Assembly: GCA_963704885.1 (NCBI GenBank)
Contig: CAVPIB010000001.1
Span: 512,001-576,000, forward strand
Origin: an uncultured Actinomycetes bacterium
GTDB lineage: Bacteria > Actinomycetota > UBA4738 > HRBIN12
Direction: 5' to 3'
Length of the DNA stretch: 64,000 bases
This document shows positions 10,013 through 21,325 of the stretch, one piece after another; position 1 is the stretch's first letter; each line of letters begins with the position of its first letter. Both the position numbers and the translations under genes were made by a program. Under the pieces are notes generated by a model. The model had not been told where the DNA came from. It worked only from the letters and a program-made list of their open reading frames with translations, and searched no databases.

Positions 10013-10827
10013 TCGTGGCCCCGGTCCTGGTCGCGATCGCAGGCCTTCTGGCAGCGCTGGCGATCCGCGCCGCCGATCGGGCGCTCATCCTCGACCGCTA
10101 CGGGCGACTTGCTGTGGAACCTCGGCATCGACCCAGGCACTTGACGCCGCCGGGATCGGAGTGGAGGTGGTGGCCGCTCATCGGGTTCGCCGTCGGATGG
10201 GTGCTCGGCGGGGTGGTCACGGCCGGGTCGGCGGCGGTCGGGGTTGCCGTGGGCGCCGCGAGCGTCCGGCGTCGGCGCACCGCCCGTCTGGCCGTGACGG
10301 TCGACGCGCAGCTGGCAGATGCCGTGCGCTCGCTCGCGGCGGGCATGCGTGCGGGACTCTCCGTGGAGCAGGCGCTCGCCTACGCGGCGACGGAGGGTGA
10401 ACCACCCCTCGGAGACGCCTTCCAGCGGATCGTCGACGGCGTCGGGCTGGGTGGCACGCTCGACGCCGCGCTTGAGGCGTGGGCGACCGAGGTCGGAACC
10501 GACGACGCCCGGCTCGTGGTCGGTGTGCTCGGACTTCACCGGCGGACGGGAGGCGATCTCCCGCGGGTGCTCGACCAGGTCGCCATAACCCTACGAGAAC
10601 GAACCTCTGCTGCGCGGGAGGTTCGAGCGCTCACGGCCCAAGCCCGGCTCTCGGGCGCGATCCTCGGCCTCCTCCCAGTAGGCTTCTTCGCCTTCCTGTG
10701 GCTGACCTCGCGCTCCGAGATCGAAGGGGCGTTCCGGTCGCCGATAGGGATCACAGCCCTTCTGATAGGCGTGGTGCTCGAAACCGCGGCGTTCTTCTGG
10801 ATCCGCAAGTTGCTCGAGGTCGCATGA
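10009..10827 (+). CDS. tadB: TadB-like type II secretion F-family protein
   Basis: GMRAGLS, TGGDL, TAQARLS. Confidence 0.85.
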   Translation: MIVAPVLVAIAGLLAALAIRAADRALILDRYGRLAVEPRHRPRHLTPPGSEWRWWPLIGFAVGWVLGGVVTAGSAAVGVAVGAASVRRRRTARLAVTVDAQLADAVRSLAAGMRAGLSVEQALAYAATEGEPPLGDAFQRIVDGVGLGGTLDAALEAWATEVGTDDARLVVGVLGLHRRTGGDLPRVLDQVAITLRERTSAAREVRALTAQARLSGAILGLLPVGFFAFLWLTSRSEIEGAFRSPIGITALLIGVVLETAAFFWIRKLLEVA

Positions 10828-11588
10828 GGTTGCTTCCGTGGATGGCGCCGCTCATCGCGACGGCGGCGATGGTCGCGGGGCTCGGCGCCGCGGCGGTACG
10901 AGCAGGCTCCGGTCCGCTCGAGGGGTTGCTGCTCCCCTCAGCCGCTGGAGCCACCCGCGGGGGTCGATGGGGCGCGCGAAAGGCGCTCGGCCCCGCCGCG
11001 AAGCGACGCCTCGGGGGCATCGTCGGTCTGGTCTTTGGGCTCGCCCTCCCGTTCCCGGGAGTCTTGCTCGCGCCGATCCTGTGTGGGGTCGGTTACCGCA
11101 TCCCGTCCATCCTCGAGGGGCGCGCCCAGCGTCGGCGACGAGCGGCCATGGACGCGCAGGTCCCGCAGCTCCTTGATCTTCTCGCCGCCGCGTCCTCGGC
11201 GGGGCTGTCGGGGCAGCTCTCACTGCGGCGAGCCGTGGAGGCGCTGGGTGGTCCGCTCGCTGCCGAGCTCAGCGGCGTCCTGGACGCCGTCGACCTGGGA
11301 TCGCCCTGGCGAGAGGAGCTCGCGCTAACCGCCGCACGACTCGGGATCCCCGACCTACGGCGAACGGTCGCCGCGTTGTCGCGAACCGAGACCCTGGGAG
11401 CCTCGCTCGCAGACTCGACCGCCGAACTCGCCGCATCGGTCCGGGAAGCGCGCCGGGCGGCCATCACGGAGCGGGCGCGAACCGCCCCCGTGAAGATGCT
11501 CTTCCCGTTGGTGTTCCTCGTCCTCCCCGCGTTCCTCCTCCTAACGGTGGTCCCAGTGTTGCTCACCACCGTGCAGTCCATCAGCTGA
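10824..11588 (+). CDS. tadC: TadC-like type II secretion F-family protein
   Basis: LDLLAAASSAGL, PVKMLFPLVFLVLPA. Confidence 0.85.
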   Translation: MRLLPWMAPLIATAAMVAGLGAAAVRAGSGPLEGLLLPSAAGATRGGRWGARKALGPAAKRRLGGIVGLVFGLALPFPGVLLAPILCGVGYRIPSILEGRAQRRRRAAMDAQVPQLLDLLAAASSAGLSGQLSLRRAVEALGGPLAAELSGVLDAVDLGSPWREELALTAARLGIPDLRRTVAALSRTETLGASLADSTAELAASVREARRAAITERARTAPVKMLFPLVFLVLPAFLLLTVVPVLLTTVQSIS

Positions 11589-11602
11589 GAGGAGGTGAAC
11601 GA

Positions 11603-11809
11603 ATGCTGTTGCTCTACTCCTTGTTGTTCCGTGCGCGGGCAAGGCTCTCGCGACAGGAAGGGCAGACGACCGCTGAGTACGCGCTCGTGATCCTGGCCGC
11701 CGCCGCCGTGGCCGTCGTGCTGATCGCGTGGGCGCACTCGTCGGGCAAGCTCCCGGCGTTCTTCGACCACATCATCGACAACGTCACCGGGAATGCCGAC
11801 GCGGCCTGA
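11603..11809 (+). CDS. Flp-type pilin
   Basis: EG|QTTAEYALV class IVb prepilin motif; strong RBS GAGGAGG. Confidence 0.85.
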   Translation: MLLLYSLLFRARARLSRQEGQTTAEYALVILAAAAVAVVLIAWAHSSGKLPAFFDHIIDNVTGNADAA

Positions 11810-12185
11810 TCGCGGGCAGACCGGGAGCGCGGTCGTGGAGTTCGCCATGGTGCTGCCGCTCGTCCTGGTCGTCGCGCTCGCACTCGTCCAGGTTGGGGTG
11901 CTGGTGAGGGACCAGCTGATGGTGGAGGCTGCGGCGCGCGCTGGAGCGCGCGCCGCAGCGGTGGAGGCCGATCCCGCGGCGATCGGGGCGGCGGCCCTGG
12001 CCGCCGCCCCTGACCTGGACCCGGCGGCCACCACCGTTCTGGTTGATCGCACGGGCGGTCAAGGGGATCCGGTGACAGTGGCGATCGGCTACGACGAGTT
12101 CGTCAACGTTCCTCTGATCGGTTGGCTGTTCGGGGCGTCGATCCATATGGATGCGCGAGCCACCGATCGCCAGGAGTTCGCGTGA
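11793..12185 (+). CDS. TadE-like minor pilin
   Basis: G|SAVVEFAMVLP, AARAGARAAAV. Confidence 0.85.
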   Translation: MPTRPDRGQTGSAVVEFAMVLPLVLVVALALVQVGVLVRDQLMVEAAARAGARAAAVEADPAAIGAAALAAAPDLDPAATTVLVDRTGGQGDPVTVAIGYDEFVNVPLIGWLFGASIHMDARATDRQEFA

Positions 12186-12578
12186 GGCGGGAGCGCGGAT
12201 CCGTGTCCGTGGTGACCGCGGCCGTCGTCTTGCTGGCGCTCGTCCTGTCCTTGGGTGTCGCCGACGTAGCGCACGTGTTGGTGGCGCGCAGCCGGGCTCG
12301 GACCGCGGCGGACGCGGCCGCGCTGGCGGTGGCTCAGGATCTGGTCATCCCGTCGGGGGCGGAACTCGGCCGACATCGCCGCCGACTACGCGGCACGCAA
12401 CGGAGCCCAGTTGTCTTCGTGCGTCTGCGAGCCGGGCTCCCTCGAGGCCACGGTCACGGTGTCGATCGATGTCGATGGATTCCTGCTGGTCGCGGGGCCA
12501 CGCACGGTCCAGGCTCGTGCCCGTGCCGTCGTGGACCTTCCCGAGCCGGCCGCTCAGGTTCCCTCGTCGGGCTCCTGA
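12182..12578 (+). CDS. TadE/TadG-like (Rv3654c-like) pseudopilin (frameshift near 12368)
   Basis: ERGSVSVV...ARTAADAAALA, continuing after the shift as YAARNGAQLSSCVC...ARARAVVD. Confidence 0.75.
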
Positions 12579-12637
12579 CGGCCTTCTTCGCGTTCGGACT
12601 GAAGGTTCGCGCCCGAGTGGCCGAAGACGTCTGTGGG

Positions 12638-15124
12638 ATGAGGGTTCGCAGGGGTCGCATCACATTGGTCTCCGCCGCGCTGCTTTGCGGCCTGTTGCCG
12701 ATGGCAACCGTGGGGCCCAGCGCATCGGCGGCAGGCACTCCCGAGAGGTCTGCAAACGCCAAGCGCCCCAACATCTTGCTGCTGATCAGCGATGACCAGG
12801 CGTGGTCCGTGTTCAACCCAACGCTGATGCCCACCGTCTACTCTGAGCTGGTTGACAAGGGCGTCTTGTTCAAGCGGGCGTACGTGAACACGTCGCTCTG
12901 CTGCCCCTCGCGGGCGCAGATCATGACGGGTCTGTACGAGCACAACACCGGCGTGGACGCGAACGAGATCCAACTGGAGCGGCCCACCTTGCCGATGGCC
13001 CTGCAGGACGCCGGCTACCGCACCATGCTCTCGGGCAAGTACCTGAACAGTTGGCCGTGCCAGCCGCGCGCCGAGTTCGACCGCTGGGTCTGCACCAGCA
13101 CCCCGAACCCGTCAACCACGGCGCTCACCAACCCATGGGTCAACGTCGACGGCGCGTGGGCGCAGTACCACGGCTATCAGCCCGATGTACTGGCCTCCTA
13201 TGTCACGGACTTCATCCAGGACACACCGGCGGACCAGCCGTTCTTCGTGATGTACTCGCCGACCAGCCCGCATCTGCCGGCCGACGACCCGCGCTACGAC
13301 TGGATGACGGTCAAGCCTCCTCGCGGCAAGACGTTCGACGCGAACACCATGAACCGCGGCACACCTCAGTACGCGCGCCGGCCCTCCCTCAGCTCCGCCG
13401 AGATCGCCACCTCCGACGAGAAGTACCAGCCTATGGCTCGTGCGACCCGTTCGCTGGACGACGCCGTCGGCACCATGTTGGCCTCGCTCGGCGACCGTTC
13501 CCGCGACACGCTGGTCATCTACTTCTCGGACAACGGATTCCTGTATGGAGAACACCGCCGTTTCGGCAAGAACGACCCGTGGGAGGAGTCGGTCAAGGTC
13601 CCTATGGTCGTCCGCTACCCGGCGGTGCTGCCCGAGGATCAGTCCTTCGTTACCAACGCCTTGGTGCAGAACGTGGACATCGCGCCCACGATCGCCGACC
13701 TGGCCGGCCTGTCCTGGGGAGCGGACGGGAAGTCGTTCCTGCCGATCCTGAAGGGCACGAAGCATGCCGTGCGCCCCGCAGCCTTGATCGAGCATTGTCG
13801 CGGCGTCTCTCAGGGGACGCTCGGTTGCTCCGGTCTGACTTTCGACGGAGGCAGGGTCAACACGCCGGGATTCGAGGGCATCGTCACGCCCCGCTATAAG
13901 TACATCGAGTTCGACGACGGCTCCGTCCAGTTGCTGGACCTGAAACAGGATCCGGAGGAGCTACACGGCCTTCCCCTGAACACTCGCGCGTCCAACGGCC
14001 GCTCGACTCGGGCATCCAGCCTGCAACGGCAGCTCTCGACTCGCCTGAGGAACCTGATGCGTCCCCCGCTGAAGACAACGATCGCCACTGGTCCTGGACC
14101 CTCGCTCTCTGCGCGCGTGGCCGCCTTCACCTACTTCTCGCCGTCGCGGTTCTCCAACTACCGGTGCCGCTTGGTCCGCGACGGCACACCCGATCCCTGG
14201 CGGGCCTGTCCCGGCGAGTTCTACGCCGTGGGCGATCTGGCCGATGGGCACTACGTCTTCCAGGTGGAGGGGATATCCGAGAGCGGGCGCATCGACAAGA
14301 CGCCGGCCTCTCGTGAGTTCGACGTGGCCACCGTGGGCGGTCCCGACGTCCAGATCACTTCCCATCCGGTCCTCTCCCAGGCATCGTCGACCGCCGCGTT
14401 CACCTACGCAAGCAGCCTGGCCGGGGCCGAGTTCCAGTGCCGACTGGCGCTGTGGGGAACCGAGAAGCCTTGGGCCCCATGCGATCCTGCGGGGACCTCG
14501 TTCGGCGGGCTGGCGGACGGAGGCTACCGCTTCGAGGTCGTGGCGCGGGATCCGGTCACCGGCGAGCTCAGCGATCCGGCAGCCGGATGGTTCTTCCGTG
14601 TGGACACCACAGGGCCCACGGTCGTCTTCTCTTCCGCTCCCTCCAACTCCACCCGCCGGGAAAGCGCCGCCTTCCGCTTCGCTCCTACGGAGGTCATGAG
14701 CGGCGGTTTCAAGTGCACCGTCGATCACAAGTCGGTCGGGTGCTCGAAGGGACATCTCGTGTTGAAGAAGGTCAAGAACGGAACCCATTCGTTGGAGGTC
14801 TCCGCCACCGACAGGTTGGGCAACGTCAGCCTCACGGCCTACGAGTGGACCGTCGACCGCTCGGCGCCGAAGGTGCAGATCCTGTCCGGTCCCTCGCACG
14901 TCACGAGCGACCCCGACGCGCGGTTCGATCTGTGGTCCAACTCCAACCCGGGCCTGTTCGTGTGTCAGCTGGACGACCTGCCGATCATGCCGTGCTTCAC
15001 GGCGCCAGAGCTGAACGGGCTGGCAGACGGTGCCCACCAGCTGGTGGTCTGGGCCTACGACGTAGCGATGAACCGGTCCCAACCCGCGGACTACCACTGG
15101 ACCGTCAACACCGTCGGGTTCTAG
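12638..15124 (+). CDS. Secreted sulfatase with C-terminal Ig-like repeats
   Basis: Signal peptide, RPNILLLISDDQ, CCPSR (formylglycine motif), GKYLN, SDNG; about 4 beta-rich repeats (T.I.SGP...F.C.LD). Confidence 0.85.
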   Translation: MRVRRGRITLVSAALLCGLLPMATVGPSASAAGTPERSANAKRPNILLLISDDQAWSVFNPTLMPTVYSELVDKGVLFKRAYVNTSLCCPSRAQIMTGLYEHNTGVDANEIQLERPTLPMALQDAGYRTMLSGKYLNSWPCQPRAEFDRWVCTSTPNPSTTALTNPWVNVDGAWAQYHGYQPDVLASYVTDFIQDTPADQPFFVMYSPTSPHLPADDPRYDWMTVKPPRGKTFDANTMNRGTPQYARRPSLSSAEIATSDEKYQPMARATRSLDDAVGTMLASLGDRSRDTLVIYFSDNGFLYGEHRRFGKNDPWEESVKVPMVVRYPAVLPEDQSFVTNALVQNVDIAPTIADLAGLSWGADGKSFLPILKGTKHAVRPAALIEHCRGVSQGTLGCSGLTFDGGRVNTPGFEGIVTPRYKYIEFDDGSVQLLDLKQDPEELHGLPLNTRASNGRSTRASSLQRQLSTRLRNLMRPPLKTTIATGPGPSLSARVAAFTYFSPSRFSNYRCRLVRDGTPDPWRACPGEFYAVGDLADGHYVFQVEGISESGRIDKTPASREFDVATVGGPDVQITSHPVLSQASSTAAFTYASSLAGAEFQCRLALWGTEKPWAPCDPAGTSFGGLADGGYRFEVVARDPVTGELSDPAAGWFFRVDTTGPTVVFSSAPSNSTRRESAAFRFAPTEVMSGGFKCTVDHKSVGCSKGHLVLKKVKNGTHSLEVSATDRLGNVSLTAYEWTVDRSAPKVQILSGPSHVTSDPDARFDLWSNSNPGLFVCQLDDLPIMPCFTAPELNGLADGAHQLVVWAYDVAMNRSQPADYHWTVNTVGF

Positions 15125-15125
15125 C

Positions 15126-15548
15126 TCACTCCAGCTCTTCGCTCCGCGGGTCGCGAACCACGGCCGGCCTGTAGTCGGGGGCGCTCCTTGCCACCAGGAA
15201 CTCGATCGCGCCCCACAGCCCTTTCGATCGTGGATAGAAGAGCAGCGGCATCACCACGAAGATCGCGGCGCTCGCCCCGAGCAACGGGACCACGGGCACG
15301 TCCGGGACGGTGAGGATCAACACGAAGACCAGTACGCATATCCACACCACCACCCCGACCGAGTAGTTGATCGCCATGGCGCCCAGGAAGCCGCCCTCCT
15401 GCTGCTCGAAACGCAGGTCGCACCTGGGGCAGCGGTCCCTCAGCCGCAGTCGCGAGACGAAGATGCGTCGGTCACCACAGCGGGGACAGCGCTTGCGCAG
15501 TCCCCGGAGCAACACCGTCGCAGCGCCTGCCTCCGGCAGGCGCTGCAC
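15126..15548 (-). CDS. DUF983-like protein (two CxxC motifs, 2 TM)
   Basis: RCPRCG...RCPRCDL followed by two TM helices. Confidence 0.75.
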   Translation of the reverse strand: MQRLPEAGAATVLLRGLRKRCPRCGDRRIFVSRLRLRDRCPRCDLRFEQQEGGFLGAMAINYSVGVVVWICVLVFVLILTVPDVPVVPLLGASAAIFVVMPLLFYPRSKGLWGAIEFLVARSAPDYRPAVVRDPRSEELE

Positions 15549-15591
15549 CCCGGCCCCTGGCCTGGCGGGCGGGTCCAGCGCGCCGTAAGGG

Positions 15592-16287
15592 TTACTCGTG
15601 GTGTACCGCCCAGAACTTCTCGACCGGGGTGTGCGCCCGCCATACGCCCTTCGAGCCGACCGGCGTGACCAACACGTCTCCTGCCCCGGCGCGGAGGGTG
15701 TCGGAGCCGTCCTGCTCGATGTCGATGTCGCCTTCGATCAAGCAGGCCACCTCGTTGTATGCCAGCTCGAACCCACCGGTCTCGGGGACGCGCTTCCAGA
15801 CGCCGGTCGAGAACCTGCCGTCGGCGTTGCGCCACGCGTACCACTCCTGGCCGGGTGGGTTCGTGTCGCCGGGCGGGTTCTCCAAGGTGACCCATTCCAC
15901 CGGATCGTCGCGTCCGATCACGCGCACGGCGGTGTCGCCGACGGTGGCGCCCGAGTAGATCGCGTAGAACTTCGTAAGCGTCTGGTTGATGTGCCATGTC
16001 CCCTTCGAGCCGTTCGGGGTGACCAGCACGTCGCCCGGTCCTACCTCGAGCGTGCCGCCGTCGGTCTCGATCCCGGCCGCGCCCTCCAGGATGTAAGCGA
16101 CCTCGTCGTAGGGCCGTTCGAACGACCACGTATCGGGCTCGCGTTCCCAGAAGCCGCATGTGAAAGACCCATCCGCAGACGTGAAGGCAGAGCGCTCACG
16201 ACCCCCCGACGGTATCTGACCGGGGGGATCGACGAGCGGTGTCCAAGTCGTTCGATCGGTGCTGCCGACCAGGCTGATCCCGTCCAT
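15592..16287 (-). CDS. Tandem cupin (EutQ/DUF861-like) protein
   Basis: Two copies of G.W....G......Y.EVA...EG...GPGDVLVTP.GSKG.W. Confidence 0.8.
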   Translation of the reverse strand: MDGISLVGSTDRTTWTPLVDPPGQIPSGGRERSAFTSADGSFTCGFWEREPDTWSFERPYDEVAYILEGAAGIETDGGTLEVGPGDVLVTPNGSKGTWHINQTLTKFYAIYSGATVGDTAVRVIGRDDPVEWVTLENPPGDTNPPGQEWYAWRNADGRFSTGVWKRVPETGGFELAYNEVACLIEGDIDIEQDGSDTLRAGAGDVLVTPVGSKGVWRAHTPVEKFWAVHHE

Positions 16288-16407
16288 GACCGCTCCCTCG
16301 CTCGTTCATCCCCGCAGCGCGTCTCGGGTGAGGCCCACGAGCCTACCCAACGTCGTACGACCGACGGCGGGTCCCTGCGTCGGGGACCCGGGGTAGACTT
16401 GCCCACC

Positions 16408-16812
16408 ATGGCAGCCAAGCGCACGCCGCTCCGCAAGAGCCGTCGCTCCGAGCTCGGGGTGATCGACTACACGCTGGCCAAACGGGCGCTGCTCCGCGAC
16501 GCGCGTGTCGGGGTGCTGGGACTCACGGATATCTGCGACGCGCATCCTGAGCTCATGCGCGCCGCGCGGCACGTGGGCGAGCCCACGCGCAACGACTGCC
16601 CGGTCTGCGGCAAGGAGAAGCTCGTCCTGTTGGCGTACGTGTACGGCGAGGGACTCAAGGCCGACAGCGGTCGGGTCTGGTCGATCGAGACGGGGCTGAA
16701 GCTCGCTGCCGCCCACCCTGGGGCGTGCTGCTACGTGGTCGAGGTTTGCCGGACCTGCCACTGGAACCACCTGCGCGAGGCGTTCACGGCTCGACGCACG
16801 GCAGCCGTCTGA
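16408..16812 (+). CDS. DUF5318-family protein
   Basis: [40 protein letters not shown]; typical neighbour of ponA. Confidence 0.85.
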   Translation: MAAKRTPLRKSRRSELGVIDYTLAKRALLRDARVGVLGLTDICDAHPELMRAARHVGEPTRNDCPVCGKEKLVLLAYVYGEGLKADSGRVWSIETGLKLAAAHPGACCYVVEVCRTCHWNHLREAFTARRTAAV

Positions 16813-16889
16813 CTCGCACTTCGGTTCGGCACAGGAACGCCACCCGACCGGCGCGGTTCTATCGTGGGGTCCCGATAGAATCTCCAGTC

Positions 16890-19103
16890 GTGTCTGTCGA
16901 CACCAGTCCCAAGGCGAAGAGGGGTCGTACCTATACCCCCAGACACACTCACCTGAAGAACGGCAAGCCGAAGAAGGGCTTCTTCCGCCGGTTCTGGTGG
17001 GTGCTGATCGCCTTGCCCGTGCTGGTCGTGGTAGCCGGCGCCGGAGCCCTCGTCTACACCTACACCCAGATCGAGCTGCCTAAGACACTGCCTCCGATCC
17101 AGTCCACGTATCTGTACGACCGCAACGGCACCTTGCTCGTGGCCCTCCACGGCGCGGTCGACCGGACGATCATCTCGTTCGACCAGATGCCGCAGAACCT
17201 GCGCGACGCGGTCATCGCCGTGGAGGACCACGACTTCTACAACCATCCGGGGATCGACCCGGTGGGGATCATCCGCGCCGCCTGGACCGACCTGGTCAAG
17301 CACGAGACCGTCCAAGGTGGCTCCACGATCACCCAGCAGTTGGTGAAGACCGTCTATGCCGGGAGCTACGTGGAGCTGCCCGATGGCACGGTCGAGTACA
17401 CGCAGCCGCCGCGAACCGTCAAGGAGAAGATCCGCGAGGCGTTGCTGGCGGTCAAGCTGGAGAAGACGCTCACCAAGGATCAGATCCTGACCCGCTACCT
17501 GAACACGATCTATCTAGGGCACGGTGCATACGGCGCCCAGGCGGCAGCCCAGACCTACTGGGGGATCGACGCGAGCGATCTGAGCGTCAAGCAGTCCGCC
17601 ACGCTGGCCGGGTTGATCTCGTCGCCGTCGCTCTACGATCCGATCAACAACCCGGATGGGTCCAAGCTCCGTCGCGATTACGCGCTCGACCAGATGGTCC
17701 GCTACGGCTACCTGGATCGAACGCAGGCGGACCACATCCAGGAGGGGAAGGTGCTCACCCATCCGAGGAAGGAGGTGATCAACACACCGGCGAACTCCGA
17801 GTACTTCGTGGACTTCACCAAGCGGTACCTGATCCACAAGTACGGCGGAGCCAACGTCTTCGGCGGCGGATACCGGGTGACGACGTCGCTCGACCTGGGG
17901 TTGCAGCGCGCGGCGGAGGCTGCGGTGGCGTCCCACCTCCCGAGCCCCGACGACCCCGAGGGCGCCCTGGTGGCGATCGACCCCAGCAACGGACAGATCC
18001 TCGCCATGGTGGGCGGGCGCGACTTCCAGAAGTCCCAGGTGAACCTGGCCGTGTCGGGTCTGCGGCTGGGCGCTACCTATTTCGGCGGCACGGGTCGCCA
18101 ATCCGGCTCGTCGTTCAAGGCGTTCACCCTGGCGGCCGCCATGAACGAGGGCTATAACCTCAACGCCTACTGGCAGGGGCCGGCCTCCATAACCATCCCC
18201 AGCACCGACTGCTACACGGACGGCGCCCCTTGGCAGCTGTCGAACGCCTCGGACTCGGAGGCGGGGACGTTCAGCCTGCTGTCAGCGACCGCGCACTCGG
18301 TGAACACGGTGTTCGCGCAGGTGGCCGCGCAACTCGGGCCTCAGAAGGTGGTGGACATGGCGCGTCTGCTCGGCATCCGGAGCACGCTGCAGCCGGTCTG
18401 CTCCATCACGCTCGGCGTGGAGGCCGTTAACCCGCTGGAGATGACCAACGCGTACGCCACGCTGGCAGAGCGCGGCGTACGTCATTACGCGACCCCGCTC
18501 GTCCAACTCACCAACCGCAACGGCCGCGAGATCGACGACGTGAACTCGCGCCCCAAGCAGGTCCTGGCCACGAACGACGCCGACCTGGTCACCACCGCGT
18601 TGCAGGCCGTGATAACGGGCGGCACGGGGGGCGCCGCCTACATCGGCCGGCCCGCTGCCGGCAAGACCGGAACCGCCCAGGAGTACGTCGACGCCTGGTT
18701 CTGCGGCTACACGCCGCAGCTAGCCACATGTGTGTGGGTGGGCTACCCGGAGGGTGAGATCCCCATGACGAGCGTCCAGGGTGTCTCGCCGGTCTTCGGC
18801 GGCACGATCCCCGCCGCCATCTGGCGGGACTTCATGACGGTCGCCATGGAAGGCCAACCGGTGGAGTCGTTCGCCGTGCCGTCGTACGAGGGCCACACGA
18901 TCGGACCGCAGACGCCGGTGCCCTCCCCGACGCCGAGCCCCAGCCCGACGCCCTCGGAGTCACCGTCGCCCGAGCCGACGCCCTCGGAGTCACCGTCGCC
19001 CGAGCCGACGCCCTCGGACTCGCCGTCGCCGGAGCCGACGGAGAGCCCGACCCCGACGCCCAGTCCGACCCCGACGCCGATCAGGGGGCGTCGTTCACGC
19101 TGA
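16890..19103 (+). CDS. Class A penicillin-binding protein (transglycosylase-transpeptidase)
   Basis: [31 protein letters not shown]. Confidence 0.92.
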   Translation: MSVDTSPKAKRGRTYTPRHTHLKNGKPKKGFFRRFWWVLIALPVLVVVAGAGALVYTYTQIELPKTLPPIQSTYLYDRNGTLLVALHGAVDRTIISFDQMPQNLRDAVIAVEDHDFYNHPGIDPVGIIRAAWTDLVKHETVQGGSTITQQLVKTVYAGSYVELPDGTVEYTQPPRTVKEKIREALLAVKLEKTLTKDQILTRYLNTIYLGHGAYGAQAAAQTYWGIDASDLSVKQSATLAGLISSPSLYDPINNPDGSKLRRDYALDQMVRYGYLDRTQADHIQEGKVLTHPRKEVINTPANSEYFVDFTKRYLIHKYGGANVFGGGYRVTTSLDLGLQRAAEAAVASHLPSPDDPEGALVAIDPSNGQILAMVGGRDFQKSQVNLAVSGLRLGATYFGGTGRQSGSSFKAFTLAAAMNEGYNLNAYWQGPASITIPSTDCYTDGAPWQLSNASDSEAGTFSLLSATAHSVNTVFAQVAAQLGPQKVVDMARLLGIRSTLQPVCSITLGVEAVNPLEMTNAYATLAERGVRHYATPLVQLTNRNGREIDDVNSRPKQVLATNDADLVTTALQAVITGGTGGAAYIGRPAAGKTGTAQEYVDAWFCGYTPQLATCVWVGYPEGEIPMTSVQGVSPVFGGTIPAAIWRDFMTVAMEGQPVESFAVPSYEGHTIGPQTPVPSPTPSPSPTPSESPSPEPTPSESPSPEPTPSDSPSPEPTESPTPTPSPTPTPIRGRRSR
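18945..19040 (+). repeat. 30-bp tandem repeat, about 3.2 copies, encoding the [10 protein letters not shown] tail of the PBP
   Basis: ccgacgccctcggagtcaccgtcgcccgag at 18945 and 18975, variant at 19005. Confidence 0.9.
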
Positions 19104-21258
19104 GCTCACGCCCTACAGGCGTGGCGTCCAGCGGCAAGGTCGCCACGATCGTCGTCCCGCGACCTATCAGCGACCGCACCACGAACGTCCCGCTCGCGAG
19201 CTCCACGCGCTCGCGCATGGATGCGAGTCCCACTCGGCCCATCTGCAAGAACTCCCTGGCCCGGCCGCTCTCGAAGCCGACGCCGTCATCGGCGATCTCC
19301 ACTCGTAGCTGCAACTGATCCGTCTCGACGCTCAGCGTGACGCGTTCGGCTTGCGCGTGCTTCGCGGCGTTGGAAAGCGCCTCCTGCACCACGCGGTAGG
19401 CGAGCGTCTCCAGATCGTCGGGGATCTCCGATCCCAGCGCGCCGGAGAACTCCGTGCCCACACCGTGGTCGGTTCCGAAGCGGAGCAACGTCTCTCGCAG
19501 CGCCGGGATCAGACCACGCTCCTCCAGGAGCGGCGGGCGGAGCCCCGACATGAGTGCCCGAAGACCGTCGGCCTCGCTCGCGAGCTCCTTACGGATCTTC
19601 TTCATGACCTCGATGCCGCGATCGATCTCGCCGGCGTCGATCATCAGGAGCGCAGCCTCGAGCGAGAGCGACGCCGCCGACACGCCCTGTACCGGCCCGT
19701 CGTGCAGGTCACGCGCGATGCGGTTCCGCTCGGCCTCGATCGCGCTGTTCGTCCGTCGCAACAGACGCGTGCGATCCTCGTCGCGATCCTGCAGGAACTT
19801 GAAGAGCGAACGGATCGTTTGGTCCGCGATCCGGCCCGCGGTGACGTCGCGGACCAGGAGCAGCCGGCGTGGCGGCGTCATGGGGACGTCGGAGATCCGC
19901 GACTCCAGGTAGAGCGGTTGCCCCTCGGGCCGCTGGATCGTCCCCTGCCCAGTGCTCGGCAGCGAGGCGAAGGAATCGTCGGAACCGCTCACCGACGCGG
20001 CGAGCGCGGTCCACGGATGCCCTTCGATGGCCTCGCGTTCGATGTGAACCATGCCGCAGAACGCGTCGTTCGCCCGCAGGATCACGTCTCGATGATCCAG
20101 CTCTACGATCCCGTCCACGGCCGCCTCGAAGACCAGACGCAGGTGATCCTCGGATTGGCGCAGCGTCTCATTCGTCTCCCGGACGCGCTCGAGCGCCATG
20201 TCGGCTTCGGAGAGCGCAAGCTCCTTCTCGCCCAGGGCGCGGCGCGCGGCCGTGTGCGCCTGGGTGCTGCGGATCTGGTTCGCCAGGATGCGTGCCGCAA
20301 CGCCCAAACCCAACAGGGCGATGATCGTGTTGGACTGCAGGTTCGACAGGCGGCGGGATTCATCCAGGCTGGCCACGGCTGCGAGCGCTGCGCACGCCGA
20401 GATGACGGACAAACTGGTGAGGATCGGCCGCGCCAGCCGCGCCGGATGGAGGTTCGATCGTCGAGGTTCGCGGAGCGGCAGCAGGAGCATCGCCGCCGCG
20501 AGCGTCGGCCCCACCAACATGAACGTGATGTCGATCGCGGGGTGCGCCCCATCGAACTGCCCATGCGTCCACTCCCACCCCATGGCGACGGTCGCCGCCG
20601 AGGCTGCGGCCAGGATGACCCACTGGGCCAGGTGCGCCGGCGCCGGATCCCACAGAGCCAGCACGCCGAAGGAGGAGAACATCACGGCGGCCAGGATCGC
20701 GAACGTACCGGCTGACAGCGAGCCGACCCCGTCGGCCCCGGGAGCGCGGATGATCAGGTAGCAGATGGCGGTGAGCGAGGCGGCTATCAACGCCGTGTCG
20801 ATGGCGATCTCGCGTCGATCCTCTCTGGGGAAGTGCGCCATGAACTCGTCGCGGACGGCTCCGAGGATGGGCACCAGGAAGAGCAGGAACAGCAGATCGA
20901 GGAGCCCCGTTGTCACGGGCTGTCCGCGGATGTCCAGAGCGAACAGTGTTGCCCCGGCGAGGGCTAGGAGCGCGGCCGCGGTGGCCAGGTAGGTGGCCGT
21001 TCGCCACATGCCTGACCGCCTGCGTGTGGCCACGATCACGATGCACGCGGCCAGGCTCGTCAGGAACACCAGGCCCTCGCCGGCGAACTCCTTCGCGTGT
21101 GGCGTCTGGGTCAGCGTGTAGCCGGTTACGGCCGCACCTGCTACCAGCAGGAGAAGGAGGGCAGCCGTTCGCGGCCGCCGGAGGGCGGGGGCATCGCTCA
21201 TGTGCCCTCCATCTTGCAGGTTCGGACCTCTCGGCTCCATCACCCACCCGTCGGACAT
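19081..21258 (-). CDS. Multi-TM PAS sensor histidine kinase (HisKA_3)
   Basis: [32 protein letters not shown]; the start may be the downstream MSDAP. Confidence 0.88.
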   Translation of the reverse strand: MSDGWVMEPRGPNLQDGGHMSDAPALRRPRTAALLLLLVAGAAVTGYTLTQTPHAKEFAGEGLVFLTSLAACIVIVATRRRSGMWRTATYLATAAALLALAGATLFALDIRGQPVTTGLLDLLFLLFLVPILGAVRDEFMAHFPREDRREIAIDTALIAASLTAICYLIIRAPGADGVGSLSAGTFAILAAVMFSSFGVLALWDPAPAHLAQWVILAAASAATVAMGWEWTHGQFDGAHPAIDITFMLVGPTLAAAMLLLPLREPRRSNLHPARLARPILTSLSVISACAALAAVASLDESRRLSNLQSNTIIALLGLGVAARILANQIRSTQAHTAARRALGEKELALSEADMALERVRETNETLRQSEDHLRLVFEAAVDGIVELDHRDVILRANDAFCGMVHIEREAIEGHPWTALAASVSGSDDSFASLPSTGQGTIQRPEGQPLYLESRISDVPMTPPRRLLLVRDVTAGRIADQTIRSLFKFLQDRDEDRTRLLRRTNSAIEAERNRIARDLHDGPVQGVSAASLSLEAALLMIDAGEIDRGIEVMKKIRKELASEADGLRALMSGLRPPLLEERGLIPALRETLLRFGTDHGVGTEFSGALGSEIPDDLETLAYRVVQEALSNAAKHAQAERVTLSVETDQLQLRVEIADDGVGFESGRAREFLQMGRVGLASMRERVELASGTFVVRSLIGRGTTIVATLPLDATPVGRELSVNDAP

Positions 21259-21325
21259 GCATGACCGGACGGCCTAGCCCGCGGCGGGCCGGAGGGGGAG
21301 ACCAGTGGGCCTTCTCGAAGCGTCG

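Noticed and set aside
12122-15124. 1000-aa pilin-sulfatase fusion ORF
   Set aside because: Artefact of the frameshift near 12368; the sulfatase has its own ATG and signal peptide at 12638.
18945-19040. 30-bp repeats as a CRISPR array
   Set aside because: Contiguous in-frame coding repeats with no spacers and no cas genes.
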